A stretch of DNA of 64,000 nt, from positions 372,001 to 436,000 of the forward strand of contig CATNEN010000026.1 in NCBI GenBank assembly GCA_950097015.1. The letters run 5' to 3'. A program made the translations under genes and the position numbers. This DNA comes from Macrostomum hystrix (lineage: Eukaryota; Animalia; Platyhelminthes). Each line of letters begins with the position of its first letter. The first letter of the stretch is position 1. The notes beneath the pieces were generated by a model. The model ran no database searches. It was given only the letters and a program-made list of their open reading frames with translations, and had not been told where the DNA came from. Positions 26,301 to 37,778 of the stretch are shown here, in pieces.

Positions 26301-29300
26301 ATTTCACTGCCTCGCTTGCCCAATTTCCATTGGGAGTACACGAACTGGCGCTGACCTTCTTTGGACGAAACGTTAAACATTGAACGATTGAACAAGGGAA
26401 AATGAAAAAAATCCAAACTCAACAGCGGCGTCTTGTCGAGGCGCACAAAATATCGATATTCGCGATGTCGATCGTGCTTGCTGTCGTTGGTGCCACGGGT
26501 ATTTCTTGCGTCAGCTTCTGCATATTTTGATTCTGGTGCTCACGCTTCTCTGCTCGTCTGTTGCCTTTTTCTGCTTCTGTTCACTGATGCTTCTGCTCAT
26601 TTTCTTCTGTCGCAAAAATTTTGTCTAAGGACAAACTTAGGTTGGGCCTTGACTTGGTGTAACTCTACCCCTTACCCCTTGTTCTAATTTTAGCCATAAT
26701 TTTTTAATGAATTGACATATTTACTTAATTTAAAAAGCGTTAGAACTGCTGAATGTTTATTTATTCCCCAGTTGGATTGGCCCATAGACCAGATAAATTT
26801 ATTTATTTGGCCGTTGAAATTAATCTGGCCGGGACAGATAAACATTTATCTGGTCCGTAGACAATTATCTGGCTTCAACTGTGGAATAAATACATTATCA
26901 CCCACTTGTTTGACTTATCTATGGCCGAAAACGTCTTCGGACATCGTTTCTTGGCCTCGGCTTCGCCTCGGCCAATAAACGAGTCCTCAGCCGTTCCCGG
27001 CCAAAATAAATAAAAAAAGTGGGTGATAACTTATACTTATCAGTGACGTGAGTTTCAATAAACTATGTTTCACCAGTTTGCCTGTACATCGATTTTTCCC
27101 GCTATTTCTGGGACACCCCTCGTACAAATCAAGAGCCATTTCTACAACAAAAGCAGCATGTGAAACGGGAAAAAATATAGAAAAAATATTTATTAGCCAG
27201 AAGGCATTCAGACTAAATGTTGCACTACTAATTTGAGACAAAATATTTTTGCCTAGTCACTATCCAGCATTAATTTATCAAAGCAGGCGGGCACGCAACT
27301 GTCGAGACCCGCATAGGCCAAATAGGAAAATACGGATCGCGCGAATCAAATAGCAATTACGGTAGAATCTAGCGAGTCAGAAAGCAGATTAACTCAAATC
27401 AGACGATACGGAAAGTACTATTTACATTCGAAGCAGAGCAACATACTCAATGTAAAGGTAACCAATACTGAAGAACTGAAATAGAAATCCAATGCTTTAC
27501 AGCCCTCACCTCTTCCGTCTGCATAATCTCACTGACTTTCATTCGCATTGGCTGCATCCATTCGTCTCGCTTTCTGCAAGTAGGGTAAAATAGTTTGCGA
27601 TTGCAATTCTAATTGCGATTTCAACTTAAAACATTCAAAGAAAGCAGAATGCACAATAGATACATACATAATATAACAATAATAATTGCAGGAGGGCTGC
27701 GGGCAATGGCACATCATTTGCTGACACTAGACTCACAGCCAGCGAGGAGGCAATTCTGCCCATTTTGCTGACTCCTGAGCATACACGCACACAGATACCT
27801 GTACGCAGGCACACGCTCACACAGGTGTGTACATCCGCCCTGACTTTCTCATCGTCAGGCAGTGTACACTTCACTGTGCGTTGGAGGTTGGCCCTCAAGG
27901 GCGTATATTGCACGACAAGCCCCCAAGCCTTCTCTCCGCGGCTGCGCCCCAAATAAATGTGGCCTCGCCGTGGAATCGAACTTAGGGACCGTGGTGCGAG
28001 AGGCAAACGCGTTAACCGCTCTGCCACCGACCCCCCATACATACATACCTGTAGAACAGCACGTATGCCTGAGCGGCCTCCACTGTGCTGACATCCACCG
28101 GGCGAACTCGAGAATCGTCGAACTCGTACCACTGCAAGCCGGCGTAGTTCAGCGCGTAGGCTGTGTAGTGACCGCCGCTAGTGGAGCCGTGATGGCAAAC
28201 CACCGCAGTCAAGTCGTAGACAGTCTGGACAGATCTGCAGTCCCTATGCAGATAGGGCTTCATGTCCAACTCTTCAACTGGGAAGGCTACGGGAGAATGA
28301 ACCTTGCTAGAATAGGCGAAATCGTGTCGGAACCGCTTCAGGTGAATGGTTAGCATTTCAGGTAGGCGGCTGATTCTCGAATATTTGATGCCGTTGCGAA
28401 GTTTGCCACATTTGGCACAATGATACATATTGTCACCCTGAGCAGTTTGAGATGAGAAATTATGCTTTGTTATGTTTTTAACAGCTTTGTGACCTTGAAT
28501 TACCGAATGCGTGGTTCTCATGCCATACCGACATTGAATCACAGTATCACGCACTGAATGCATGGTTCTAATGTCTCAGTGACCTTGAATCAAAGAATCA
28601 CGTACTGAAGGCATGGTTCTCATGCCTTTGTGACCCTAAATCACAGAATCACGCATTATATGGATGGTTCTCATGCTTCAGTAACCTTAAAACACACCTT
28701 AAATGCAAGCATTTTATTACTTGTGACTTCTGTGCACCGTCCCATTTAAGTTTATAATTCATTCACAAACCTTCAGATCGTCGTTAGAGAAGAATGCGTC
28801 CAAGCAGTCCTGCAGGCTGACACGGGGCCCAACGAAATAGCCGCGCATCCAAGTCAGCGGCCAGACTAGTAGAGACGCCAGCCACCAGCCGCCGCTGTAG
28901 CCGCCGCCGCCGCCGCTACTGGACTTTTTCTGTCTAGCGCTCAGCTGCTCAGCCACCGGTATGGGCAGCGACAGATCCTGGAAGACCTCGAGTGTCGATG
29001 ATAGCCGCTCGCAAGAGTTGCACTGCACCGTGGACACTAGGCTGCCGTTGAAGATGTCGGAGATGACGCTGCTAAATCGGCGGATTTTGCTGCATTGCGG
29101 AGCGGGTGTGAAAATGGGCCTCAACTGCATGGCTGGGCAATAGCCAGAAAGTTAAACATTGAATCAACTTATAAATAGGAATCTGATGACATACCCAGCT
29201 AGAATTAGCCCTGAGGAATCTGATGACATATCCAGCTAGAATTAGCCCTGAAGAATCTGATGACATACCCAGCTAGAATTAGCCCTGAAGAATCTGATGA

Positions 29301-32300
29301 CATATCCAGCTAGAATTAGCCCTGAAGAATCTGATGACATATCCAGCTAGAATTAGCCCTGAAGAATCTGATGACATATCCAGCTAGAATTAGCCCTGAA
29401 GAATAGAGAAACAAGACACACAGCATTCTATTTACACCATTTAAACGAAGTAGACAAGCTAATAACTAGTGCGCCTACTTACGCCCACAATGCACGACCT
29501 ACTAAAAGTAGGAGAATAGGCGTATTGAAGAATTCGTAGAAAAATAGCAGCTAATTATATGATTAAAAGAATGAGAGATAACTCTTTTAATTGGCCAGGA
29601 TTTGAAATTCCGACCTCCGCTGAGAAGTTTAAAGCTCCAAGCTCAAAATACTCGTAGTATCGCTGATTTACTTGACTAAAAATGAACTAACCTTCGTTTA
29701 GCTCCTCCGTTAGATTCAGCGGGCGAAGACGCAGACCCGCCGCCACCGCCGCCATCATCGACTGCCCCGCCAGCTGCCACAGCTGTTGCCAATGTCGACG
29801 AAGCATCCACAGAAGCCGAACCAGCTGTCAGCGAATGCGTTGAGTTCGATGCGCCAATCGTTGGGCTCGATGGCGAACCTGACGCCGTAGCGAGAACAGC
29901 GTCGGCAGGTTCGGCTAGCATGTTTGAACCACCGCCGCCACCGCCACCACCGCCGCCTCCGACTGCAACACCTGCGCAGACGTCGCCATCGCCACCGCGT
30001 CCTCCGTCGCTGACGCCATCATCACCGGGAGCACCTAGGCTGCCGCCACCGTCCTCTTCGCCAACAGGAGGCAGCAGAATAGGCCTCTTTAATTCCTCGT
30101 GCAGTTGGTCCATAAAGCAGCGCAGAAACTCCTGGGCGTCCTGCTGGGCCCAGCTGCGAAATGCCGGATGGGCCAGCCGCATCGACTGCAGCACCAGCTG
30201 CGGCGTCACAGCCTGATGGCGCCGCGGCGACCACAGCTCAGCTAGGAGGCCGCCGTAGGCTGTACACAGCGGCGTGCCGAGGCTGCGGGCGGCGAACCGG
30301 CCGGGCCGGGCTAGGCCGCGACAGTCAAGGAAGAACCTGGTGAGCTGGCGGCAGTGGGACAGGGCTTGCAGGGCGGCATTCATATAGCAGGTGTTGCCAA
30401 GGTTGCGTAGGCCGGTTAGTCCCAGACTTTCAGGCTCGGCATCTTCCTCATCGTCTGAGCTGCCGTTGGCAACAATTGGCTGCCGGTGGCGATGCGACTG
30501 ATGATGAGGCTGCGACGCAGGCGCCGTTGGTGGAGCTTCAAAGCCAGCGGCAAATTTGCGCAGAGCAAAAGGAGGCGAATTGGCGTGCTCGAATACTTCG
30601 CATTTGCACTTGCTGCACCAGAAGCGCTTATTGTGCAGATTGATGCACAGCGGATGGCCCTCCGCTGCCTTCGGGTGCGGCAAGGAGTTCAGTGGGGGCT
30701 GTCAGTCTCTTAGGTCTGTTCAGGGTGTCAGTCAGTCTGTTCAGGGTGTCAGTCAGTCAATTCAGGGTGTCAGTCAGTCTGTTCAGGGTGTCAGTCAGTC
30801 AATTCAGGGTGTCAGTCAGTCTGTTCAGGGTGTCAGTCAGTCTGTTCAGGGTGTCAGTCAGTCAATTTAGGATGTCAGTCAGTCTGTTCAGGGCGTCAGT
30901 CCGTCTGTTCAGGGTGTCAGTCAGTCAATTCAGGGTGTCAGTCAGTCAGTCAGTCTTCAGGGTGTCAGTCAGTCTGTTCAGGGTGTCAGTCAGTCTGTTC
31001 AGGGTGTCAGTCAGTCAGTTCAGGGTGTCAGTCAGTCTTATAAGGCACACAATATGAGTGCATATAATTCTAATATTCTGCACCTTAAGGTTCATAATTA
31101 ATACCCTGAAAAGACTGACCGACACCCTGACACACCTAGTAACTACAGTAGACCTTAATTATCATTAACACCAAGTGAGGGGGCGCACCTGATGCCTGGA
31201 ACTGTGATCGGCCTGTTTGCTTCCGCAGCCAATGTACCCGCAGTCCTGGAATAGGCACAGCCAGCAGGCGCCTTTGCACAGCTTGCCGCAGTCGTCGCAT
31301 TTTGGCTGTGATTGCCGAGAGATGCAGTGGGTGAAGTGGAGGTATAAAATATTGTACATGTACATGTACATATGAGCACAGTTATTAGCATAATAAATGA
31401 AAAAATGGTAAATTTGCATAAAAATGCCCTGATGGGCTAAGAGAAAGACTCTTAAGATAATGAAACTACTGAAACTAAAGGACAGACAATGACACAAGGT
31501 ACGGTCCTGAAGGACGGGAGCTACGGCCCTGAAGTACAGGAGGAATGGCCCTGATGGACAGGAGGAATGGCCCTGATGGACAGGAGGAATGGCCCTGATG
31601 GACAGGAGGAGTGGCCCTGAAGGACAGGAGGAATGGCCCTGATGGACAGGAGGAATGACCCTGAAGGACAGGAGGAATGACCCTGAAGGACAGGAGGAAT
31701 GACCCTGAAGGACAGGAGGAATAGCCCTGATGGACAGGAGGTACGGCCCTGACGGATAGGAGGTACGGCCCTGGAGGACAAGAAGAATGGCCCTGAAGGA
31801 TACAAGGTACGGTCCTGAAGGAAGGGAGTTACACCCCTGAAGGACAGGAGGAATGGCCCTGAAGGACAAGAGGAATGACCCTGATGGACAGGAGGAATGG
31901 CCCTAATGGACAGCAGGAATGGCCCTGATGGACAGCAGGAATGGCCCTGATGGACAGCAGGAATGGCCCTGATGGACAGGAGGAATGACCCTGAAGGACA
32001 GGAGGAATGACCCTGAAGGACAGGAGGAATGACCCTGAAGGACAGGAGGAATGACCCTGAAGGACAGGAGGAATAGCCCTGATGGACAGGAGGTACGGCC
32101 CTGACGGATAGGAGGTACGGCCCTGACGGATAGGAGGTACGGCCCTGGAGGACAAGAAGAATGGCCCTGAAGGATACAAGGTACGGTCCTGAAGGAAGGG
32201 AGTTACACCCCTGAAGGACAGGAGGAATGGCCCTGAAGGACAAGAGGAATGACCCTGATGGACAGGAGGAATGGCCCTAATGGACAGCAGGAATGGCCCT

Positions 32301-32981
32301 GATGGACAGCAGGAATGGCCCTGATGGACAGCAGGAATGGCCCTGATGGACAGCAGGAATGGCCCTGATGGACAGGAGGAATGACCCTGAAGGACAGGAG
32401 GAATGACCCTGAAGGACAGGAGGAATGACCCTGAAGGACAGGAGGAATAGCCCTGATGGACAGGAGGTACGGCCCTGACGGATAGGAGGTACGGCCCTGA
32501 CGGATAGGAGGTACGGCCCTGGAGGACAAGAAGAATGGCCCTGAAGGATACAAGGTACGGTCCTGAAGGAAGGGAGTTACACCCCTGAAGGACAGGAGGA
32601 ATGGCCCTGAAGGACAAGAGGAATGACCCTGATGGACAGGAGGAATGGCCCTAATGGACAGCAGGAATGGCCCTGATGGACAGCAGGAATGGCCCTGATG
32701 GACAGCAGGAATGGCCCTGATGGACAGCAGGAATGGCCCTGATGGACAGCAGGAATGGCCCTGATGGACAGCAGGAATGGCCCTGATGGACAGCAGGAAT
32801 GGCCCTGATGGACAGGAGGTACGACCTTAAGGATAGTAGAGTACTCTTAGCAACTTATTTAGCCAAAATCCAGTTGTTTCCCAGTCACCTGTTTAGCTTT
32901 AATCTCTTCCCAGCTGAGCAGTACCATGTCAACGTGAGTACACGCGCTGCTGCGGGACTTGGCCTTTGGCGGCAGAGTCAT
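23301..32981 (-). CDS. USP33: Ubiquitin-specific protease USP20/USP33 (zf-UBP, USP, two DUSP domains), 8 exons, about 908 aa
   Basis: Exons 32981-32889, 31305-31189, 30668-29692, 29089-28771, 28437-28049, 27573-27510, 24700-24209 and 23576-23301 total 2727 nt in frame. Cys box GLRNLGNTCYMNAALQ, QQDAQEFL, His box HHGSTSGGHYTAY, WYEFDD, DUSP motifs FYISRPW/PGPISN and PGPIDN. USP20 versus USP33 is not resolvable. Confidence 0.92.
23700..24115. repeat. 22-bp minisatellite (gacaatctagagatggccgatt)n, USP33 intron 7
   Basis: Tandem copies. Confidence 0.92.
24770..25066. repeat. 20-bp minisatellite (ttctactctttgagagctgt / tttctacaaatcaagagcca), resumed at 27123-27147 beyond the mariner
   Basis: Tandem copies; the unit is split at the TA insertion site. 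Confidence 0.85.
25280..26380 (-). CDS. Mariner transposase, intact, 366 aa from the ATG at 26380
   Basis: HTH region, WVPRLL, TGDETW, HDNARPH, YSPDLAPCDY; 34 residues between the second and third Asp. Confidence 0.96.
   Translation of the reverse strand: MFNVSSKEGQRQFVYSQWKLGKRGSEIVSQLTEIYGVSAISKSAVYRWLEEFSHGRTDVADDTANRGRPISPSTKALIQMVKEIVQANPRLTARELADRLGSPKTSIHRILSVDLGMVKLTARWVPRLLTEEMKTVRMKSCRENLELVRDAGGWESFRPYLVTGDETWIPHFDPETKQESKVWALKGSDPPVKAKRDQHCKKIMLTLFFDQEGPLTIDFLEPNSTVNSDRYTETLTKLKSDIRKKRRTAMKPHLLLHDNARPHTAKKTLDRINELNFDLLAHPPYSPDLAPCDYAIFPQLKKHLRGRIFDHRDNLEGEVRRVLLHEIPRRAYADAINALLTRWTKCCELRGDFVEKSSVDGDGDAA
26765..27036. mobile_element. 272-bp non-coding insert in the mariner TIR, probable non-autonomous element (Crypton-like by inference)
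   Basis: Absent from the opposite TIR; flanked by a TTAT direct repeat (26761-64, 27037-40); made of two palindrome-bounded modules. Confidence 0.8.
27671..28036 (-). mobile_element. Full-length tRNA-derived SINE in USP33 intron 5
   Basis: A box TGGCAGAGCGG, B box GTTCGATTCC, TTA-rich tail, 11-bp TSD ATACATACATA at 27660-70 and 28037-47; other copies at 57604 and 11915. Confidence 0.9.
29179..29400. repeat. 37-bp minisatellite, about 6 copies, USP33 intron 3
   Basis: gaatctgatgacata..gccctgaa; period 29179 to 29216. Confidence 0.92.
30715..31038. repeat. 21-bp minisatellite (cagggtgtcagtcagtctgtt)n, USP33 intron 2
   Basis: Tandem copies. Confidence 0.92.
31500..32830. repeat. About 21-bp minisatellite (ccctgaaggacaggaggaatg) with a 374-bp higher-order period, USP33 intron 1
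   Basis: Marker gaagggagttacacccctg at 31821, 32195 and 32569. Confidence 0.93.
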
Positions 32982-33169
32982 GCTGGCTAGAATGACGGCT
33001 GATACAGTTACGATACTCTGAGCCTAACTGAGCTGCTCAAATCCTTATTAGTTTCGGGCTGGAAGAACAGTTCGGCCTTTTAGTAGATAAACTGGATAGT
33101 ACATTTGATTTACTTATATGGTCACACCACCACATATCCATATATGCTGAAGTGTTAAACTTGTTACAT

Positions 33170-33955
33170 CCCTGAAGGATTGGAGTATTGTCACTGAAGG
33201 ATTGGAGTATTGTCACTGAAGGATTGGAGTATTATCACTGAAAGGATTGGAGTATTGTCACTGAAGGATTGGAGTATTATCACTGAAGGATTGGAGTATT
33301 GTCACTGAAGGATTGGAGTATTGTCACTGAAGGATTGGAGTATTATCACTGAAGGATTGGAGTATTGTCACTGAAGGACTGGAGTGTTGTCACTGAAGGA
33401 CTGGAGTATTGTCACTGAAGGATTGGAGTATTATCCCTGAAGGATTGGAGTATTATCCATGAAGGACTGGAGTATTGTCACTGAAGGATTGGAGTATTGT
33501 CACTGAAGGATTGGAGTATTATCACTGAAGGATTGGAGTATTGTCACTGAAGGACTGGAGTATTGTCACTGAAGGACTGGAGTATTGTCACTGAAGGATT
33601 GGAGTATTGTCACTGAAGGATTGGAGTATTGTCACTGAAGGATTGGAGTATTGTCACTATAGGATTGGAGTACTATCACTTAAAGGATTGGAGTATTGTC
33701 ACTGAAGGATTGGAGTATTATCCCTGAAGGATTGGAGTATTGTCACTGAAGGACTGGAGTATTGTCACTGAAGGATTGGAGTATTATCCCTGAAGGATTG
33801 GAGTATTTTCACTGAAGGATTGGAGTATTGTCACTGAAGGACTGGAGTGTTGTCACTGAAGGACTGGAGTATTGTCACTGAAGGACTGGAGTATTGTCAC
33901 TGAAGGATTGGAGTATTATCCCTGAAGGATTGGAGTATTATCCATGAAGGACTAG
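33170..33955. repeat. 22-bp minisatellite (ctgaaggattggagtattgtca)n between PRKCSH and USP33
   Basis: Tandem copies. Confidence 0.95.
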
Positions 33956-34699
33956 AGAACTATTCCTGAAAATTACTAACTGTGCGTTTTCTGCGTTTGT
34001 TCCATTGAAAACAATGATAATTGAGAATAATGCTGTTCAATCTTAATGTTTATAGAAAAAAGAACAGATGTTCTGCTATTGAATAAGAAGGAATAAGACA
34101 CCCACCAGCACATGACCACTATCTAAATAGCATTATATATACACTACTCGAATTATGATGATTTTCTCGTATGACTTATGAGACTTAAATAAGGTAAACG
34201 GAGCTTGTTATTCTAGAAAATATTTTTTATTATGATAGTTATAGTTTATTTTAAATGACAAAAAAGAGACTAAAGACAGATTACCCTCTTTTACTAAATG
34301 AAATCAGAGCCTTCAGTTATAAATAGTTAGTATCGGTTAGAAATTAGTGAGTAAAATGAGACTAAATAAAACAGAAAAGGTCTAAGAATAATTGTTTAAT
34401 TCAGTGTGACAAAAACAGAAGCAGTAAGTTTATTTTGTAATTCCCAGTAGTGCGGTTGGTAGTATAAGAAGTGTAGAGAAACGTATTAGACATAAATTAG
34501 TTCTTGTACTTGATTTTTTGTTCTTTAGAAACATGTAATTAGGCAGTAATTACTAGCTGCTGATAAAAGTAATATTTTAGAGAAATAATAAAAACTAGGC
34601 TAGCTACTTATGTAACCACCAGTAGTATGATTGGAAAATGGATAAATGATTAGCAAGCCCCTCATTCCCATTAAAAAAGAACAGTGAATAACACGCGGC

Positions 34700-37600
34700 C
34701 TAGAGCTCGTCGTGCTCCGGATCGGCGGCCTCGGCAGTGGGGTGCGCGTGGCAGGCGGCCGGCGTGGCCAGATCCATGCTGTACTCGCACCTGCTGGGCT
34801 CATTAGCAGACAGCAGTTCGGTCTTCGGGCCGCAAACAATGCGCACCTTGGTGGACCGATTTGGCCCGTTCCAGCAGCCCTGGCCATCTGTGTACTCCTG
34901 AACGCTGTACTTGTCACCCTCCGGCCCAGACCAGTCCTTGAAGCGGCCTAGCGAGGTGCTGGAACCCGACGCCTTCTGCACCTGCGATTCAGTTGGACGG
35001 AAAAGGGCACGACTTTTAGTTGAAAACTGGCCAAGCATAACTGCTGTTGCCATGGCTACTTGGGTCATAGCAAACACTGATCACACACCCATCAGTGCTT
35101 CACATACACCACTACAAGCTGTCACTGCAAGCCAAATAAAAGAATGGTCACAAAAACGGGCTATGACTTTTGCTGTGACCGTCATAGTCACATGTTGCTA
35201 TTTGGTGACCATAATTTGTGACCATTTTTGTCCAGGGTCACTATGCTCTAAAGACATGTTCTAACGACATCAGATGTGGCACGGAGATCGCGGTTGAAGG
35301 CAGCACTGATGTGCCAGGCAGCCTCTGCCGCGGCGTCTGCTCCGTTGCTAGACGACAGAGAGCTAACTACTTTGCGACCAGATTCAATAGGCGTCAGCGA
35401 AGCAGCATAAGTGTGCACCCGAGACCAAGGCTTTGACTTGGTTTTTGACAAGGCTGCCCCCGATGAGAATTGAGAAAACTGAGTAGTTACCAACCAATGC
35501 AAGCTGTCACTCAGCACTGCAAGCTGTCACCAACCACCAATGCAAGCTGTCACTCAGCACTGCAAGCTGTCACCAACCACCAATGCAAGCTGTCACTCAG
35601 CACTGCAAGCTGTCACCAACCACCAATGCAAGCTGTCACTCAGCACTGCAAGCTGTCACCAACCACCAATGCAAGCTGTCAACCACCATCACAAGCTGTC
35701 AACCACCAATGCAAGCTGTCACTCAGCACTGCAAGCTGTCACCAATCATTGTGTGCAAGCTGAGGAGCTCACCTGCAGACTCTCCTTGAACGGACAAAGC
35801 TTGTAAGTGTACTCATTGTCGCTATATTCGGCGCACTCGCCAGAGTCGGCCATGGGAAAGAATGCATTAGAAGGGCCGTAGTCCCGTTCCACTAGGCGCT
35901 CGAGATCGGACTTCTCCGTGGCTAGCCGGCTCGATTCGTCGTTGGCCTTGTTGTAGGCGTCGCGAGCACTGTTGGCACGATTGATAAGCTCTTGCACCTC
36001 CGCGGGATAATCGGGCATCGTTGACAACGAATCATCTTCGCTGTCGGTTGAAGATTGTGTCTCCGACGGTGGCGTCGGTGGCGCTGTCTCGCCGAGAGCC
36101 TCGTCCATCTCCTTGTCGGTGGATTCTTCCTGGGAGGCGGGGGCGGCGGCATCGTTTGAAGGTGCGGATTGCTGCTGCTCATCGGACTTTGGCTGCTTGA
36201 GCGATTTGAAAATGGTTTTGATATTTGGCCAGATTTTCTCCTGGAAGGCGGCAAAGTCGGCCTCCTCGAGGCCCTCTGTGTACTGGCGCAGTTCGTCTAG
36301 TGTTACGCCGCCGTCGTTATTGACGTCGAATTCCGGATGGATCTGCAGGTCGGCTAGGCCGATGCGGCCGTCCGCGTCAGCGTCCAGCTCGGTGAAGACG
36401 CGCTCGGCCCGCTGGCGCTCGCGAGATTCCTCCCAGGCCTGAGGAGGTCCGGTGGGGGGTGCCGCGGCTGATTGAGACTGCACTTAAGGGATTCGATTAG
36501 AAGAAGCCGCAATCAATATCTTTGAAGATCTGCCCAGAAGGACGGGAAGGAATGAAAGGTGCGGTCATGAAGGAATGAAAGGTGCAGTCATGAAGGAATG
36601 AAAGGTGAGGTCATGAAGGAATGAAAGGTGAGGTCATGAAGGAATGAAAGGTGCAGTCATGAAGGAATGAAAGGTGCAGTCATGAAGGAATGAAAGGTGC
36701 AGTCACGAAGGAATGAAATGTGAGGTCGTGAAGGAATGAAAGGTGAGGTCATGAAGGAATGAAAGGTGCGGTCACGAAGGAATATAAGTTGCGCCACCTG
36801 AGACTAGAACCCTAAAATAGGAACCTTTTTGTGCTCGCTCTTAGCCGCCTCCTCGGCATCTTCCGCGGCCTTCTTGGCGGACTCCAGCTCCGCCTTGTTG
36901 GGCTGCACGCGCTCTAGTTCGGCGGCAATCTCGGCTAGCCGTTTGCGCCTGGCCTCCAGCTTGGGATCAACTTCCTGCAGCCATGTGTTGTACACCTTGT
37001 GGCCTTCAAGCAGCAGAGCGTGGCGCCGCTCCGCCTCCTCCCTGGGATAGGAGAGGACGAAGGGATAGTTTGTGATGCTGGCACCCATTTAACGGGCCGG
37101 GTGAACTGAAGCCATGCATAGTTAAATGTCTTGCGAAATGATACAAACTGATTCAACGGAGACGGGTATCGAACCCCCGACCTTCGTAAGTCGTGAGTCC
37201 GACACTTTAAACACTTAGGCTACAAACTACTCAAGGACAGGATTAGTCAGTCATTATCAACTTATCAACCAGCTTTGATCAACTAAGATTATCAACTAAA
37301 CTAAACTAACCCTGCTAACCTATAAATAGGTACCTGTCCTACCGTCAGAACCGACAACACACCTGGCCGCTTTGCCCTCCTCCCAGCAGACATCGGCGCA
37401 AGTGGTCCAAGAGTCGAATTCGTCCGTTCCGTCGCAGCAGTCGCAGACGCCGTCATTAACTCTACTAGCTAGCAGGTATTTAGGCTTGTGGCCTCGGTTG
37501 CGACAGTAGAATCTGCCGTTGCGGCAGGCCGAAGTCCCCGGCTCGTCCGAACCGTCGCGACAGTCGCAATAGTCGTCGTTAACCTTGGACCAGGGTAGGG

Positions 37601-37778
37601 TGCCGGAGCCATCCAGACAATTGAAGGGCTTGGTCGGATCGTACAGGCCGAGTTTGGAGCGGGGAACGCCGCGCAGCTCCTCGCCTCTTGAATTAGACTC
37701 GGCAGCCGCTGCAGCTTCGGCAGTGGCAGCAAACATAAGACAGATGGCGAATAGGCCAGTTACAATAGTGTTTGTCAT
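34700..37778 (-). CDS. PRKCSH: Glucosidase II beta subunit, 4 exons, about 526 aa
   Basis: Exons 37778-37363, 37041-36825, 36438-35773 and 34981-34700 total 1581 nt. Signal peptide, VNDDYCDCRDGSDEPGTSAC, EF-hand-like DADADGRIG, MRH domain GQGCWNGPNRST, C-terminal HDEL. Confidence 0.96.
35500..35745. repeat. Alternating 20/23-bp (43-bp dimer) repeat with a caagctgtca core, PRKCSH intron 3
   Basis: Tandem copies abutting the donor site. Confidence 0.88.
36550..36782. repeat. 23-bp GA-rich minisatellite (gaaggaatgaaaggtgcagtcat)n, PRKCSH intron 2
   Basis: Tandem copies. Confidence 0.92.
37155..37229 (-). pseudogene. tRNA-like fragment (pseudo-tRNA or SINE head), PRKCSH intron 1
   Basis: A-box-like TAGCCTAAGTG and B box GGTTCGATACC are present, but the acceptor stem does not pair. 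Confidence 0.5.

Larger units (their letters stand above)
25067..27122 (-). mobile_element. Full-length mariner (DD34D) element with ~202-bp TIRs, in USP33 intron 6
   Basis: TA TSD at 25065-66 and 27123-24. Left TIR 25067-25268 matches the reverse complement of 26645-27122 once a 272-bp insert is removed. Confidence 0.95.

Noticed and set aside
37155-37229. Functional tRNA-Val(CAC)
   Set aside because: The acceptor stem does not pair and the T-stem is imperfect.
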